From an uncultured cyanobacterium (GTDB lineage Bacteria > Cyanobacteriota > Cyanobacteriia > Cyanobacteriales > Cyanobacteriaceae): a stretch of DNA of 64,000 nt. Position numbers and translations under genes: made by a program. The notes under the pieces are model-generated. The model had not been told where the DNA came from, did not search any database, and saw only the letters and a list, made by a program, of their open reading frames with translations. Position 1 is the first letter of the stretch; the number at the start of each line of letters is the position of its first letter. Of this stretch, positions 62,871-64,000 are shown one piece after another. The DNA lies in the NCBI GenBank assembly GCA_963710605.1, contig CAVQBA010000004.1, positions 1,120,001 to 1,184,000 on the forward strand. Direction: 5' to 3'.

Positions 62871-64000
62871 ATGGTTAATACTATTACCCCACAAAATAAT
62901 TATTATATTAATACTCCTCAAATACGAGAATCAATACTCGCATTACAACCACAATTAGTTGAGTGGAGAAGACAACTTCATCAATATCCTGAGTTAGGTT
63001 TTGAAGAAATTTTAACTGCTCAGTTTGTTAACGAAAAATTGACTGATTGGGGTATCACACATCAAACCAATGTCGCCAAAACTGGTATAGTAGCCACGAT
63101 CGATAGTAATCATTCTGGTAAAGTATTAGCTATCCGTGCTGATATAGATGCCTTACCAATCCAAGAAGAAAATGAGGTTTCTTATTGCTCTAAACACGAC
63201 GGCAAAATGCACGCTTGTGGACACGATGGGCATACAGCGATCGCTTTAGGTCTAGCTCATTATTTAGCTCATAACTGTGATAAATGGCAAGGAACGGTAA
63301 AAATCATTTTTCAACCCGCAGAAGAAGGACCAGGTGGTGCTAAACCAATGATTGAAGAAGGGGTGCTATCTAATCCAAACGTTGATGCCATGATCGGTTT
63401 ACATTTATGGAATAACCTTCCTTTGGGTACAATCGGAGTCAGAGAAGGTGCTTTAATGGCGGCTGTTGAATGTTTTAAATGTAATATCTTAGGTAAAGGT
63501 GGGCATGGTGCAATCCCCCAACAAACGATCGATTCTGTGGTGGTAGCTTCACAAATTATCAATGCCCTACAAACTATAGTTGCTCGTAATGTTTCTCCGA
63601 TCGATTCGGCGGTAGTGACAGTAGGTGAATTTCATGCAGGTACAGCTCTCAATGTGATTGCCGATACTGCTAAAATGAGCGGTACGGTACGTTATTTTAA
63701 TCCGCAGTTAGAAGATTTTATCGGTCAAAGAATAGAAGAAATTATTGCAGGAATTTGTCAAGCACACGGGGCAAAATATGAGCTTGATTATTGGCAGTTA
63801 TATCCTCCTGTAATTAATAATTCTCGTATTGCTCAATTAGTTAAATCAGTTGCTTTAGAAGTAGTAGAAACACCGATTGGAGTCGTACCTGAATGTCAAA
63901 CGATGGGAGGAGAAGATATGTCTTTCTTTTTACAAGAAGTGCCTGGTTGTTATTTCTTTTTAGGCTCGGCTAATCCCGATCGAGATTTAAGTTATCCTCA
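62871..64000 (+). CDS. M20-family amidohydrolase (runs off the window end; absent from the ORF track)
   Basis: WRRQLHQYPELGFEE, RADIDALPI, MHACGHDGH, FQPAEEG, GKGGHGA and GGEDM. Confidence 0.92.
   Translation, partial: MVNTITPQNNYYINTPQIRESILALQPQLVEWRRQLHQYPELGFEEILTAQFVNEKLTDWGITHQTNVAKTGIVATIDSNHSGKVLAIRADIDALPIQEENEVSYCSKHDGKMHACGHDGHTAIALGLAHYLAHNCDKWQGTVKIIFQPAEEGPGGAKPMIEEGVLSNPNVDAMIGLHLWNNLPLGTIGVREGALMAAVECFKCNILGKGGHGAIPQQTIDSVVVASQIINALQTIVARNVSPIDSAVVTVGEFHAGTALNVIADTAKMSGTVRYFNPQLEDFIGQRIEEIIAGICQAHGAKYELDYWQLYPPVINNSRIAQLVKSVALEVVETPIGVVPECQTMGGEDMSFFLQEVPGCYFFLGSANPDRDLSYP

Noticed and set aside
1468-63562. Short antisense or overlapping ORFs in the track (e.g. 1468, 2047, 7579, 10204, 13755, 15550, 49900, 56031, 63311)
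   Set aside because: They are shadows of well-supported genes on another frame or strand

Overview
AT-rich cyanobacterial chromosome segment. The cyanobacterial origin is supported by very frequent CGATCG (HIP1 core), heptamer STRR repeats, cyAbrB and an SLH porin. Most of the window is housekeeping: urtB, birA, pyrR, PP2C, ABC1 kinase, metK, leuC, trxA, hemH, cysK, sdhB, rimK, fbaA, an ECF sigma module, a porin and tRNA-Gly. It also has an apparently intact IS200/IS605 (tnpA+tnpB), a DUF4214/glycosyltransferase/methyltransferase surface cluster and several small mobile repeats. The standout is a ~9.6 kb accessory array (about 16.6-26.3 kb) between leuC and an 860-aa GT-C glycosyltransferase gene. 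Four displaced, progressively more diverged copies of that gene's 3' end separate blocks of foreign cargo: Imm53, toxin-antitoxin modules, toxin remnants with intact partner genes, a KaiC-like ATPase/histidine kinase pair and an aspartic protease pair. Two copies end exactly at the same CGATCG site, and no integrase is present in the window. This suggests serial, integrase-free gene capture by 3'-end replacement at a HIP1 site. Several single-base lesions, including one in essential metK, warn that the assembly may contain errors.
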